The position numbers and the translations under genes were made by a program. Below are positions 10,801 through 18,800 of a stretch of 20,000 nt of DNA, one piece after another. The notes under the pieces were generated by a model. It was not told where the DNA came from and searched no databases. It was given only the letters and a program-made list of their open reading frames with translations. Every line of letters begins with the position of its first letter. Position 1 is the stretch's first letter. The DNA comes from an uncultured virus (IMG/VR IMGVR_UViG_3300028564_000919) (taxonomy: Duplodnaviria > Heunggongvirae > Uroviricota > Caudoviricetes): the IMG/VR virus record IMGVR_UViG_3300028564_000919; one strand, 5' to 3'.

Positions 10801-10833
10801 TATGTTAAGCGATTAGAAAGCACTAAATTATAA
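7831..10833 (+). CDS. Tail fibre-like protein with His-rich (HxH) repeats and C-terminal Hint autoprocessing domain
   Basis: Repeats HNHDTSYADIS and HNHPISEVTGLQAALDNKAASN (phage tail repeat-like), motif FGTTAGTIAEGNH, aromatic-rich putative receptor-binding region, then CFVKGTKITLAD...H...YNI...LFASSILTSC Hint blocks at aa 794-930. Confidence 0.8.
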   Translation: MKIKFTTESGVTKYLKLGISSVLGLQDILDTKSDTDHIHSEYALTTHNHDTVYSKLTHNHDSSYADISHNHDTVYSGIGHNHLMSEVTGLQAALDNKAASNHNHDTVYAEIGHNHDTVYADISHNHPISEVTGLQAALDNKAASNHNHDTSYADISHNHPISEVTGLQAALDNKAASNHNHDTSYADISHNHDTSYADIDHNHSISEVTGLQAALDNKAASNHNHDTSYADISHNHDTSYADINHNHPISEVTGLQAALDNKAASNHNHDTSYADISHNHDTSYADISHNHDTSYADISHNHPISEVTGLQAALDNKAASNHNHDTSYADISHNHDTSYADISHNHDTSYADIEHTHVGSQIYVKSEELGTTLNDWTTSIENELSDLAGINHNHDTTYEPIISTKGTAFNKDFGTTAGTIAEGNHVHSGDYHLKQPLGVPRVNYGDPLITEMALFDNEYTNRTEFFPIDRLKIEKNITGYSWTDITTTFNETRRKQLVGGDVYYGISFKDECDTTKVRIYFDAAVDYNPLNTLGDLYMGLDAGYHQFTAKIIKKKNASSNWEYHTNSEIQLATNGDIAHLYLPFSSLLWQNNYNNYRYIGVELKIFWDHNYGSWSRFYIYNLQFWGVGGGEGRKRTIYTTDENKNVRFPGDIYSANEVYAKSIGDSGKEIPLLEGLHQATNIMMKIVTGGASQTGYDLTITTKKERIYWAGGSYTDYYDNFYYRVNGNSTYTAITYPVTNQVIPNVIMVSFYYDLAEPGYEGGYHTITGNYTTIGDYYWLDGPISITFQSSYPCFVKGTKITLADMTYKNVEDITYDDELLVWDFDKGKFTSAKPIWILKPQKAPAYNKLVFSDGSELRTVNQHRIFNAEEGKFTYPMTEDTPIGTITFNDKGELIALVSKEVVEEEVEYYNIITDYHINLFASSILTSCRLSNLYPIKDMKYIKDDRELHSPEIFNEVSPKWVRGLRLLEQPLEVNRENAVKFDNSLVDYVKRLESTKL
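7939..8901 (+). repeat. Coding tandem array of 33-bp (HNHDTSYADIS) and 66-bp (HNHPISEVTGLQAALDNKAASN) units
   Basis: Six 66-bp units followed by 2, 1, 2, 2, 3 and 3 of the 33-bp units. Near-identical at DNA level and in frame. Confidence 0.95.
10210..10620 (+). other. Hint (Hedgehog/intein-like) domain within fibre gene
   Basis: Block A CFVKGTKITLADMTYKNVEDI, block B-like LRTVNQHRIF, block F-like EYYNII, terminal LFASSILTSC. About 137 aa with no endonuclease insert. Confidence 0.85.
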
Positions 10834-10846
10834 GGGGGGAAATAAA

Positions 10847-11266
10847 ATGATTTACATTATTGAGGGAAATACTGGTGCTGGCAAAGCTACTTTTGCTAAT
10901 TCTTTAAAAGGGTTTGAAGTAAGAAAAACCAACTTAAACACTCTTGAAGAAATAAAAGAAACTTTATCAAAAATTAAAGGCGACGTTGTATTTGATAGAA
11001 TGTTTGGTATAAGGTGGATTGATAAGCCAGATAAAGAAATCTTGGAATTGAATGAATACCTAAAAACTGTGCCTGATTTAGTTTGCTATAAGTTTATGGT
11101 AGATAAAGAAACAAGTTTAGAAAGATTTATTCAAAAAATAAAGGGTAGCTCTGAAAGAGAAATACATAAACAAGAAGAAGATATATTCAAAAAGAGAGTT
11201 GATAGGCAGTATGAAGGTTTTATCAGGTTGTTTTCTTTAATGGATGTATTTGTAGAAAAGGAATAA
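10847..11266 (+). CDS. Small P-loop kinase, thymidylate/NMP kinase-like
   Basis: IIEGNTGAGKATF Walker A, VVFDR motif, lid-like SLERF. GGGGG RBS. Confidence 0.65.
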   Translation: MIYIIEGNTGAGKATFANSLKGFEVRKTNLNTLEEIKETLSKIKGDVVFDRMFGIRWIDKPDKEILELNEYLKTVPDLVCYKFMVDKETSLERFIQKIKGSSEREIHKQEEDIFKKRVDRQYEGFIRLFSLMDVFVEKE

Positions 11267-11267
11267 T

Positions 11268-11675
11268 ATGAAGTTTATTATAGGTTTAGTTGGTAGTGGT
11301 AAGACAACTCTATATAGAAGACTAAATGAGAATAAAATCTTAAGCGCAGTAGAGATTGAATTACCGCAGTCTTGTTTAAAAGATGAAAAATTAAAAGTAA
11401 GCTTATTTGATTTATATTATAAAAACCCTAATATAGACTGTATCATCTCGCATCCTTATGCATTACCTGAAGACTTTTGGGGTAGAATTGGGGAAAAAGA
11501 TGAAGTATACTATCTAGATATCCCATTAAAACAAAGAATAAAAAGGATTAAGAAGAGAAGTAAAAAGTTGAAAGTTAAAGAAAATATATTCCCAAAAGAA
11601 TTTTTAGAAAAAGAAGAAGAGGACTTTATTAAGTTTAAGAGAAATCAAAATATAGCTAAACTAAATGATATATAA
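11268..11675 (+). CDS. Small P-loop kinase, NMP/shikimate kinase-fold
   Basis: FIIGLVGSGKTT Walker A and YLDIPLKQRIKRIKKR lid motif. Starts 1 nt after the previous stop, with an AAGGA RBS. Confidence 0.65.
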   Translation: MKFIIGLVGSGKTTLYRRLNENKILSAVEIELPQSCLKDEKLKVSLFDLYYKNPNIDCIISHPYALPEDFWGRIGEKDEVYYLDIPLKQRIKRIKKRSKKLKVKENIFPKEFLEKEEEDFIKFKRNQNIAKLNDI

Positions 11676-11702
11676 AAATTATATAGAGGGGGAGAAATAT
11701 AA

Positions 11703-11959
11703 ATGAATTGACTAACCATAATAGAATGAGTCTTAATAATAAGTGTTTTATTACTTAATGTATCTCTTATTACAGGATTTATTTAATAGATTATATAGAT
11801 AGTTATAGTAGTGATGAGTTAGAAAATTATTCTTGTGAAGAGATGATGAGGGCGATTGAGAATGCGAGTAAGTATTTTCAACGAACATTAGGAAATACAA
11901 TACCTGACTTTTTAGAAGATATAGAGGGTATATTAGAAGAATTAAAAAAGGGAGAGTAA
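11703..11959 (+). pseudogene. Disrupted or recoded small ORF (N-terminal hydrophobic anchor plus acidic domain)
   Basis: Strong RBS (GAGGGGGAG) precedes ATG 11703, but TGA occurs at codons 3 and 9 and TAA at 11784. A coding-like frame (...LIDYIDSYSSDELENYSCEEMMRAIEN...LKKGE*) continues in the -1 frame to 11959. Confidence 0.35.
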
Positions 11960-11965
11960 AAGGAA

Positions 11966-12100
11966 TTGAGTTTTAAGGAATACGATAAAAAAGTTTTAGA
12001 CAAAGAGTTAGATGATTTTTTAGGAAGTGTTATCTATGTAGCACCTAACGATACGATAGAAAACTACCAGCAAATACCAGAACCAGAACAAGAGGAATAA
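11966..12100 (+). CDS. Small acidic hypothetical protein (44 aa, MSFKEYDKKVLDKELDDFLGSVIYVAPND...)
   Basis: TTG start after purine-rich GGAGAG/AAGGA. Open to TAA 12098-12100 with codon usage like its neighbours. Below the size of ORFs in the supplied track. Confidence 0.45.
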   Translation: MSFKEYDKKVLDKELDDFLGSVIYVAPNDTIENYQQIPEPEQEE

Positions 12101-12159
12101 TGCTTTATGATTAGGTGGCTAATAAGTTATTTAATAACTTTTTTCAAAGGGGGTAAAGA

Positions 12160-12570
12160 ATGCAAAGACAAGTAGAAAGAACAGACAGAAGAAAGAAAAC
12201 ATTTAGAGGACGAGAAGATGATACTAATTTAGTAAATGTTAGACTATCAGTCCTTTATGATACACTTTCAACTAATAGATATAAAAGAATAGATGAGTTA
12301 GATTTAAAGGACGGTAAAACAATAAAAGCAAACTTATCGCCGGTAGATATGAAGATATTACCTTATGCTTATAACACACCTTATGTTGTTTTAAAGACTG
12401 AAGAAAATAGGTTAGATATTATAGCACATAAGATATATGGTAAAGCTTCTCTTTACTGGGTGATATGTTATGCTAACAACATTAGTGACCCATATAACGT
12501 GCCAGCTGGGACTATATTATTTCTTCCAGATTTTGCAAGCTTATATGAGTTTCCTAATCCACTTTATTAA
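12160..12570 (+). CDS. Baseplate wedge protein, T4 gp53/LysM (tail protein X)-like
   Basis: ENRLDIIAHKIYGKASLYWVICYANNISDPYNVPAGTILFLP is the characteristic gp53/LysM-like motif. Confidence 0.85.
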   Translation: MQRQVERTDRRKKTFRGREDDTNLVNVRLSVLYDTLSTNRYKRIDELDLKDGKTIKANLSPVDMKILPYAYNTPYVVLKTEENRLDIIAHKIYGKASLYWVICYANNISDPYNVPAGTILFLPDFASLYEFPNPLY

Positions 12571-12588
12571 AGAAAGGAGAGAACTGAA

Positions 12589-12951
12589 ATGGCAGTAGGG
12601 GTAGGATATAAAAATATCTTTGATGGGAATGGTAAAATTAGGTTTATAGAAAGAGATGAGTTAATCAAAGAAGAATTAGAAATGCTTTTAACTTTTCCAA
12701 AGAACTCTCTTTTCTTCGGTAATAATATGGGGCTTGATTTGAATAAGTATTTACAGCTTTCTAATAATCAAGCAGTATTTAATTTAATCAAAAAAGATAT
12801 TGAGAAAGTTTTAGAGAGTTATAGAAAAGTTAGACCAGTTAATATAGAAATGCTATTTAATCCTAATAGTGGAAATTTAACAATTAACTTAACAGTAAGT
12901 CCCATTAATTCTAATAGGCTTATTACACAAATTATTTCAATGGAAAGGTAG
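12589..12951 (+). CDS. Baseplate/sheath initiator, gp25/gpW-like
   Basis: LIKEELEMLLTFPKNSLFFGNNMGLDL...IKKDIEKVLESY matches the gp25 pattern (L.T..GE......FG..L). 120 aa, AGGAG RBS, synteny with gp53- and gp6-like genes. Confidence 0.8.
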   Translation: MAVGVGYKNIFDGNGKIRFIERDELIKEELEMLLTFPKNSLFFGNNMGLDLNKYLQLSNNQAVFNLIKKDIEKVLESYRKVRPVNIEMLFNPNSGNLTINLTVSPINSNRLITQIISMER

Positions 12952-13421
12952 TGATAAAAATGAAAAAACAAAAGAAAATAAATAAATTTTTATATTATGG
13001 AGTATTATGCACTTGGGGAATAGTTAATACTTTAATAGGTTTATTAGTAGCATTATTTATGTTAATCACAGGACACAAGCCTAAACGATTTGGACCTATG
13101 ATATATTTTGTAGTAAATAAAGAGTGGGGTTGGGGAGTAAACTTTTCATTTATAATGGTTATCACGAAAGATTGTGAAAACGATTTCCATGTATTATCAC
13201 ACGAGTATGGACACTCATTACAAAATATGATATTTGGGGTATTTCACTTATTTTTAGTAGATATTCCTTCTGCGATAAGGTATTGGTATAGAGAGTTTAT
13301 GTGGTATATAGGAAAAGGAAAAGACTTACCTGACTATGATGCTATATGGTTTGAGGGGACTGCTACTAAATATGGTATGGAGTATGCAGACAGTAATTGG
13401 ATATCGGGGGGAAATAATTAA
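12951..13421 (+). CDS. Membrane protein with HExxH (HEYGH) zinc-metallopeptidase-like motif
   Basis: N-terminal transmembrane segment, VLSHEYGHSLQ, second hydrophobic stretch, downstream WFE as a possible third ligand. Start may be ATG 12960. Confidence 0.6.
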   Translation: MIKMKKQKKINKFLYYGVLCTWGIVNTLIGLLVALFMLITGHKPKRFGPMIYFVVNKEWGWGVNFSFIMVITKDCENDFHVLSHEYGHSLQNMIFGVFHLFLVDIPSAIRYWYREFMWYIGKGKDLPDYDAIWFEGTATKYGMEYADSNWISGGNN

Positions 13422-13427
13422 AGGACA

Positions 13428-14210
13428 ATGCAGGAATTTTATTTACTTTTTGAAAATTTTAATAATAAGAAGCAAGGTGGTTATACAACAGCAAGGGGTA
13501 TTACCCCGGATCTTTGGGGAAAGTATAGAACATATCTTGAGAATATAAAAGATGTAAATGATTATAAATTATTATCAAAAATTTATAGAATGATAACACC
13601 AATATATAACGGTAAACAAGGTTGTGATAAATATGATGCATTATTTCTTTTTAATGAATTAAAGAAAATGGATGCATTTAAAAAATTTAATTTGGGTGAT
13701 TGGTTAAATTATAATGAATATGATACACTTAAAGAATTAGAAGATAATTTTATAAAAGAATTTGGTATTGATAATTTTTCTTATGAAAATTTATTTACTG
13801 CTTTGGGGGAGGTTATGAGGGAATTAGTTCCTAAATATTATAACATTTCTAACCCCTTTAATAATTTTAAAAACAAAATAAGAACACAGATAAATCTAAT
13901 GAATGAATTAAAAAATTATATAGGTGATTACCCATATTCATTAAGTAATTTTACAGAAGCTGTATATATTTTTATAGACCCAAGTGATTATGATAATTTA
14001 TATAAAGCTTTTGAAAAATATATTAAAAGAGGACTTATGAAAGTTGACGATATTTATATAAGGGAAGCAAGGGAAAGGAATATGAGTATAAAAGATTATT
14101 TAGATAACTATAAGGGAAAATTAAAAATAAGATTAGCCTGTCATGAGCAGAGGGAAAAGAATTTAGGAATAAATATTGAATGGGATATTTCAAATAAATA
14201 TTTTAGATAA
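13428..14210 (+). CDS. Hypothetical protein (260 aa)
   Basis: Long ORF tightly packed in the operon, with no recognised motif. Confidence 0.6.
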   Translation: MQEFYLLFENFNNKKQGGYTTARGITPDLWGKYRTYLENIKDVNDYKLLSKIYRMITPIYNGKQGCDKYDALFLFNELKKMDAFKKFNLGDWLNYNEYDTLKELEDNFIKEFGIDNFSYENLFTALGEVMRELVPKYYNISNPFNNFKNKIRTQINLMNELKNYIGDYPYSLSNFTEAVYIFIDPSDYDNLYKAFEKYIKRGLMKVDDIYIREARERNMSIKDYLDNYKGKLKIRLACHEQREKNLGINIEWDISNKYFR

Positions 14211-14224
14211 GGGGAAAAGGAAAT

Positions 14225-15823
14225 ATGAGTAATATGACATTAAAAGATAAAATAAAAAATGGGCTTTCTTATACTAGTTTAACATATGAAGAAATGTTAC
14301 AAGATATGTTAGGACTTTTTATAGGGGAAAACGCAATTACAACAAGGTGGAATAACTTATCAGAAACTGATATTATTACAATACTTATGTCAATATTTGC
14401 AGCTCATAGGGATATGCAAAATTATATGATAGACTATAGGACTTTAGAAAATTATATGACAACAGCTAAGGAATTTTCATCAATAGTAAGAATTGCTAAA
14501 TCACATGGTTATAAGATACCATTACATAAAGCAAGTAGGATAAGATTAAAATTACCAGAAATAGATATTGATGAGACCAATGAAGCTAGAAGTACTTATA
14601 GTGTAGTTCAATTAGAGAATGGAACTATTATAAATGATATAGTAGGAATACCTTGGTTATATGAAGGACCATCAAAATATTTGGTTCCATCAAATATTTC
14701 TTTTGATAGTGAGACTGGTCAAATTACAAATGTAAAATATAAGGAGTGGTTGGAATCAAGGGGTATTCAGAACTTACTTAATATTGATGTAATAAAGGAA
14801 GCTGAATTTATCCAAGGTATTAGAAAAAGAGTAACTTTACTTTCTAAAGGATTTAATAACCAAAGCTTATCACATATATTAACAAGTAATTCTATAGCTG
14901 GGGGAACAACAACTTTATCAACATCAGTAAGTGGTGGTGGACAAATAACATTAATGGAGATAGATAACTTTTATACAGTAAGACAAGAAATCCCACAAAA
15001 CTCTTACATGATAGATATAGATACAGAAGGGTTACTTTATATCAAGTTATACCCATTTCAAAATGCTATAGATGTTTTAAGTGATACTCAACAAGTTGAA
15101 TTTAGTTTTATAGAGACAACAGGTATATATGATGAATTTACAGCATTTGAGATTTCAAATAAAGAAGCAAACCCAACAATGTATGTGGGAGTAGACCCTA
15201 TAACAGTAAGTGGGGAAGAAGTAATATATAAAGCATTTGGAAGTGCACCATTAAATGCAGCTGATATAAAAGAAGACTATAAATACTTTAGTGTTTCAAA
15301 GGAAAATTTAATAGTAATAGATGATGTAAAAAATCATATTTTAAGAAGACAGTTAATAATACCATCTTCATATATGAGTGATGTATTAGTTGCTGATGTA
15401 GGTGGTGATACTGCAGATAAGGGTAGGAATCATATTATATTAGAAAATGGTATTATAGATACGGGGGAAATAGAAATTTATATATTATCAAGAGCTAATA
15501 CAATAACATTAAATCAGGTCCAGGAATTAAAAGAAGAAATACAAGGATTAGCAGTTTCAGGTAATTTATATACGATAGTTTTATATAATAGTGATTATAC
15601 AGGTTCAAAGAAAAAGGATATTACAGTTACTTTTGCATCTAGTATTTCGGATGAATCAAAATCTGATGTATTATCATATATGAATCAAGTAACAGGAATA
15701 GGTGATATAATTACTGATGATGAATTACAGGATTTAATTTATAGTCAATTTAGATATACACCGACACAGGTTAGTTTTACGTTAACAGGTTTAAAATATG
15801 ATGAATTTTATAAATTTGTTTAG
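14225..15823 (+). CDS. Baseplate wedge protein, T4 gp6 / baseplate J-like
   Basis: YTSLTYEEM...IDYRTLENYMTTAKEFSSIVRIAKSHGYK matches the gp6 N-terminus (E.FL.TA....S...LA...GY). Later AEFIQG and LIVIDD motifs are consistent. Confidence 0.85.
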   Translation: MSNMTLKDKIKNGLSYTSLTYEEMLQDMLGLFIGENAITTRWNNLSETDIITILMSIFAAHRDMQNYMIDYRTLENYMTTAKEFSSIVRIAKSHGYKIPLHKASRIRLKLPEIDIDETNEARSTYSVVQLENGTIINDIVGIPWLYEGPSKYLVPSNISFDSETGQITNVKYKEWLESRGIQNLLNIDVIKEAEFIQGIRKRVTLLSKGFNNQSLSHILTSNSIAGGTTTLSTSVSGGGQITLMEIDNFYTVRQEIPQNSYMIDIDTEGLLYIKLYPFQNAIDVLSDTQQVEFSFIETTGIYDEFTAFEISNKEANPTMYVGVDPITVSGEEVIYKAFGSAPLNAADIKEDYKYFSVSKENLIVIDDVKNHILRRQLIIPSSYMSDVLVADVGGDTADKGRNHIILENGIIDTGEIEIYILSRANTITLNQVQELKEEIQGLAVSGNLYTIVLYNSDYTGSKKKDITVTFASSISDESKSDVLSYMNQVTGIGDIITDDELQDLIYSQFRYTPTQVSFTLTGLKYDEFYKFV

Positions 15824-15847
15824 AGTATAGAGAAAAGGAGTTAAGAT

Positions 15848-18800
15848 ATGGATTTAGATATTTTTAAAAGTAGGATAGAGCATTTAAGTCAGGTTGAAAA
15901 AGATATGTTTGATTTCATTATAAATTCTTTCCCCGAAAATATTTTAATGGATGACTTCGGTGAATATAGAGAGGACATATTGAGTCTTTTAGTATTAATA
16001 TCAAAGGCAGTGGGTAAGGGAAAAGAATTAGTAGACAATGTTGCTTTAGCTCAATCACTGGAAGAAACTATATATGCAATATATGCTAATTATGATAATG
16101 TAGTTTTAAAAAGACAATTAACTAATTTACTTATATTACAATTAGTAGATACTAATATTCCTTATTTTATGAATATGAATGAGAGTGAATTAAATTCATT
16201 ATTGGATTCATTTCAAAATACTGAAGAGAATAAATCAAATAATGCAAAGTTAGTTTATTTAATCAATAGCTTAATTTCAACATCTAAAATAAATAAAGGA
16301 ACTAAGAAATCCCTATCATCATTATTATCCTTGATGTTAACAACGAGATATGGTAAGACTAATTTTAGAATAGACTTTGATTATGATGAATATGAAGGAA
16401 ATAGAATTTTAGTAGTAGTCCCGGAAGGAAGCACAGAGAACTGGGATGATTTATTGAAAGACCCAACATCCCCAGAAGTTTATAAAGAAATGAAGGATGA
16501 AATATTTAATTTAATTCATCAAAATAGGTCTCTTGGTTCATATTATAAATTATATAAGACACCAGAATATTATAAAGCATATTTCTATTATGAGAACAAT
16601 TTACTAAGAACATTTAATATCTTTAGAGATAATGACCCAAGTGTTAGTGATATACAGGGAAGTTTAACTGTATCCGATGTGGAATTTTTGGGTGATATAG
16701 TTGAAGACTTAAGACCACAAGACCAAGGATTTGTTGGTTATTGGGCATATGGTTCTAATATCTCAGAGCAAACAATAAAGATAGAAGAGGATGGAACTGA
16801 TGTTACAGTAACAGATACAGAAGGATTAACAACAACTGTTTCTAGTGATATCTCATTATATGTAAGATTACTTGGAGCATTTAGAACTATAAATTTCTAT
16901 GGTGACTCCGCAACTTATTATGTTAAGAGAGGCACAAGTATAAATGGTGGTTTATATAGTGATTCTTCTTTTACAACATTAGTAGATATTCCAGAAGCTA
17001 CTGGTTCTACACCAGAACATTATACTTATACTTGGACGAATAATAATCAAACACCTTTTGATTTTAATACTAAGATATATACAAATCAAAACTTTGTAGT
17101 ATTATCAACTCCAAATGTATACCAAGTTAAGTTTTATGATGGTGAAACATTACTTAGCACACAGAATGTTACATATAATACGACAGTAATAGAACCAACA
17201 GGTCCTTCAAAGACTGGTTATACATTTGATGATTGGTATACAAGTTCTAGTTTTACAACAATATTTGATTTTACAACACTATATACAAAATTATCAAGTC
17301 CTACAACACTTCCTGCAAACACCGCTTGGGGTTGTGCTTTTAATCATAACGGAACAAGACTTGCAGTTGCACATTCCTCTTCATCATATATAACAATATA
17401 TGACACAACTACAACACCATATACAAAATTATCAAATCCTACAACACTTCCTGCAGGCAACGCTTTTGGTTGTGCATTTAATCATGACGGAACAAGACTT
17501 GCAGTTGCACATTACTCATCACCATATATAACAATATATGACACAACTACAACACCATATACAAAATTATCAGATCCTACAACACTTCCTGCAAACAACG
17601 CTTGGGGTTGTGCATTTAATCATGACGGAACAAGACTTGCAGTTGCACATGGCTCATCACCATATATAACAATATATGACACAACTACAACACCATATAC
17701 AAAATTATCAAATCCTACAACACTTCCTCCAAGCGACGCTTATGGTTGTGCATTTAATCATGACGGAACAAGACTTGCAGTTGCATATTACTTATCACCA
17801 TATATAACAATATATGACACAACTACAACACCTGTTCATACAATAACTAACGTAGCATATAATAGTTTAATTTCAGACCCTAGGATAACACCAACAAGAC
17901 AATATTATATATTTAAGGGTTGGAACTTTAACTTTAGCACTACAAGAATTACTCAAGATACAAATATTTATGGAACTTGGGAATTAGAGAAATATATAGT
18001 AAGATTTATGAATGGTGTTAATGTATATAGCACAGTTAGTGTAACTAGGGGAAACAAAGTAACAAGACCAACAACAGACCCTACAAAGACAGGATATACG
18101 TTTGATAAATGGAGAATAACAAGTGAAACAGGTCAAGAATTTGATTTTAACAACACTTATATTTATGGCCCAATGGATATTTACGCAAGTTACACAATTA
18201 ACACATATACAGTTAAGTTCTACTCAGAAGGAGCTCTATATGAAACACAAACAGTTAATTATGGAGCTAAAGCTATTAAGCCAACAACTGACCCAACAAA
18301 GTCAAATTATCAGTTTACAAGTTGGAGAATAGGAAGTGCCTCTGGAAGTGCTTATAATTTTAATACTGCAGTTTCAAGCAATTTAAACTTATATGCTAAC
18401 TTCACAATTAACACATATACAGTTAAGTTCTGGGCAAGACCAGATTTAGTATATAGCACACAAACAATAGAGCATGGGGGAGATGCAACTAATCCAGGAA
18501 CTCCGAATGTAGTAGTAACAGGTTATGATTTTGATGGTTGGGATGGGACGTATACAAATGTGACTTCTAATTTAGATATTCATGCTAAATGGAAAATTAA
18601 GACATACACAGTTAAGTTTTATAATTACTCAGGAGGAACATTACTTAGCACACAAACTATAGATTATGGTAATGATGCAACAGCTCCAACACAACCTACA
18701 AGAACAGGGTATAGTTGGGAAGGTTGGGATAAAGCTTATACTAATATAACACAAGATACTAACATTTATGGAACTTGGGAAATTAACAAATATACAGTTA

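Noticed and set aside
17281..17832. Possible CRISPR array
   Set aside because: 138-bp head-to-tail coding repeats with no spacers, and no cas genes in the window.
18123..18332. 69-aa plus-strand ORF, and likewise 13336..13548
   Set aside because: Out-of-frame overlaps with longer genes. 18123..18332 lies within the 15848 ORF.
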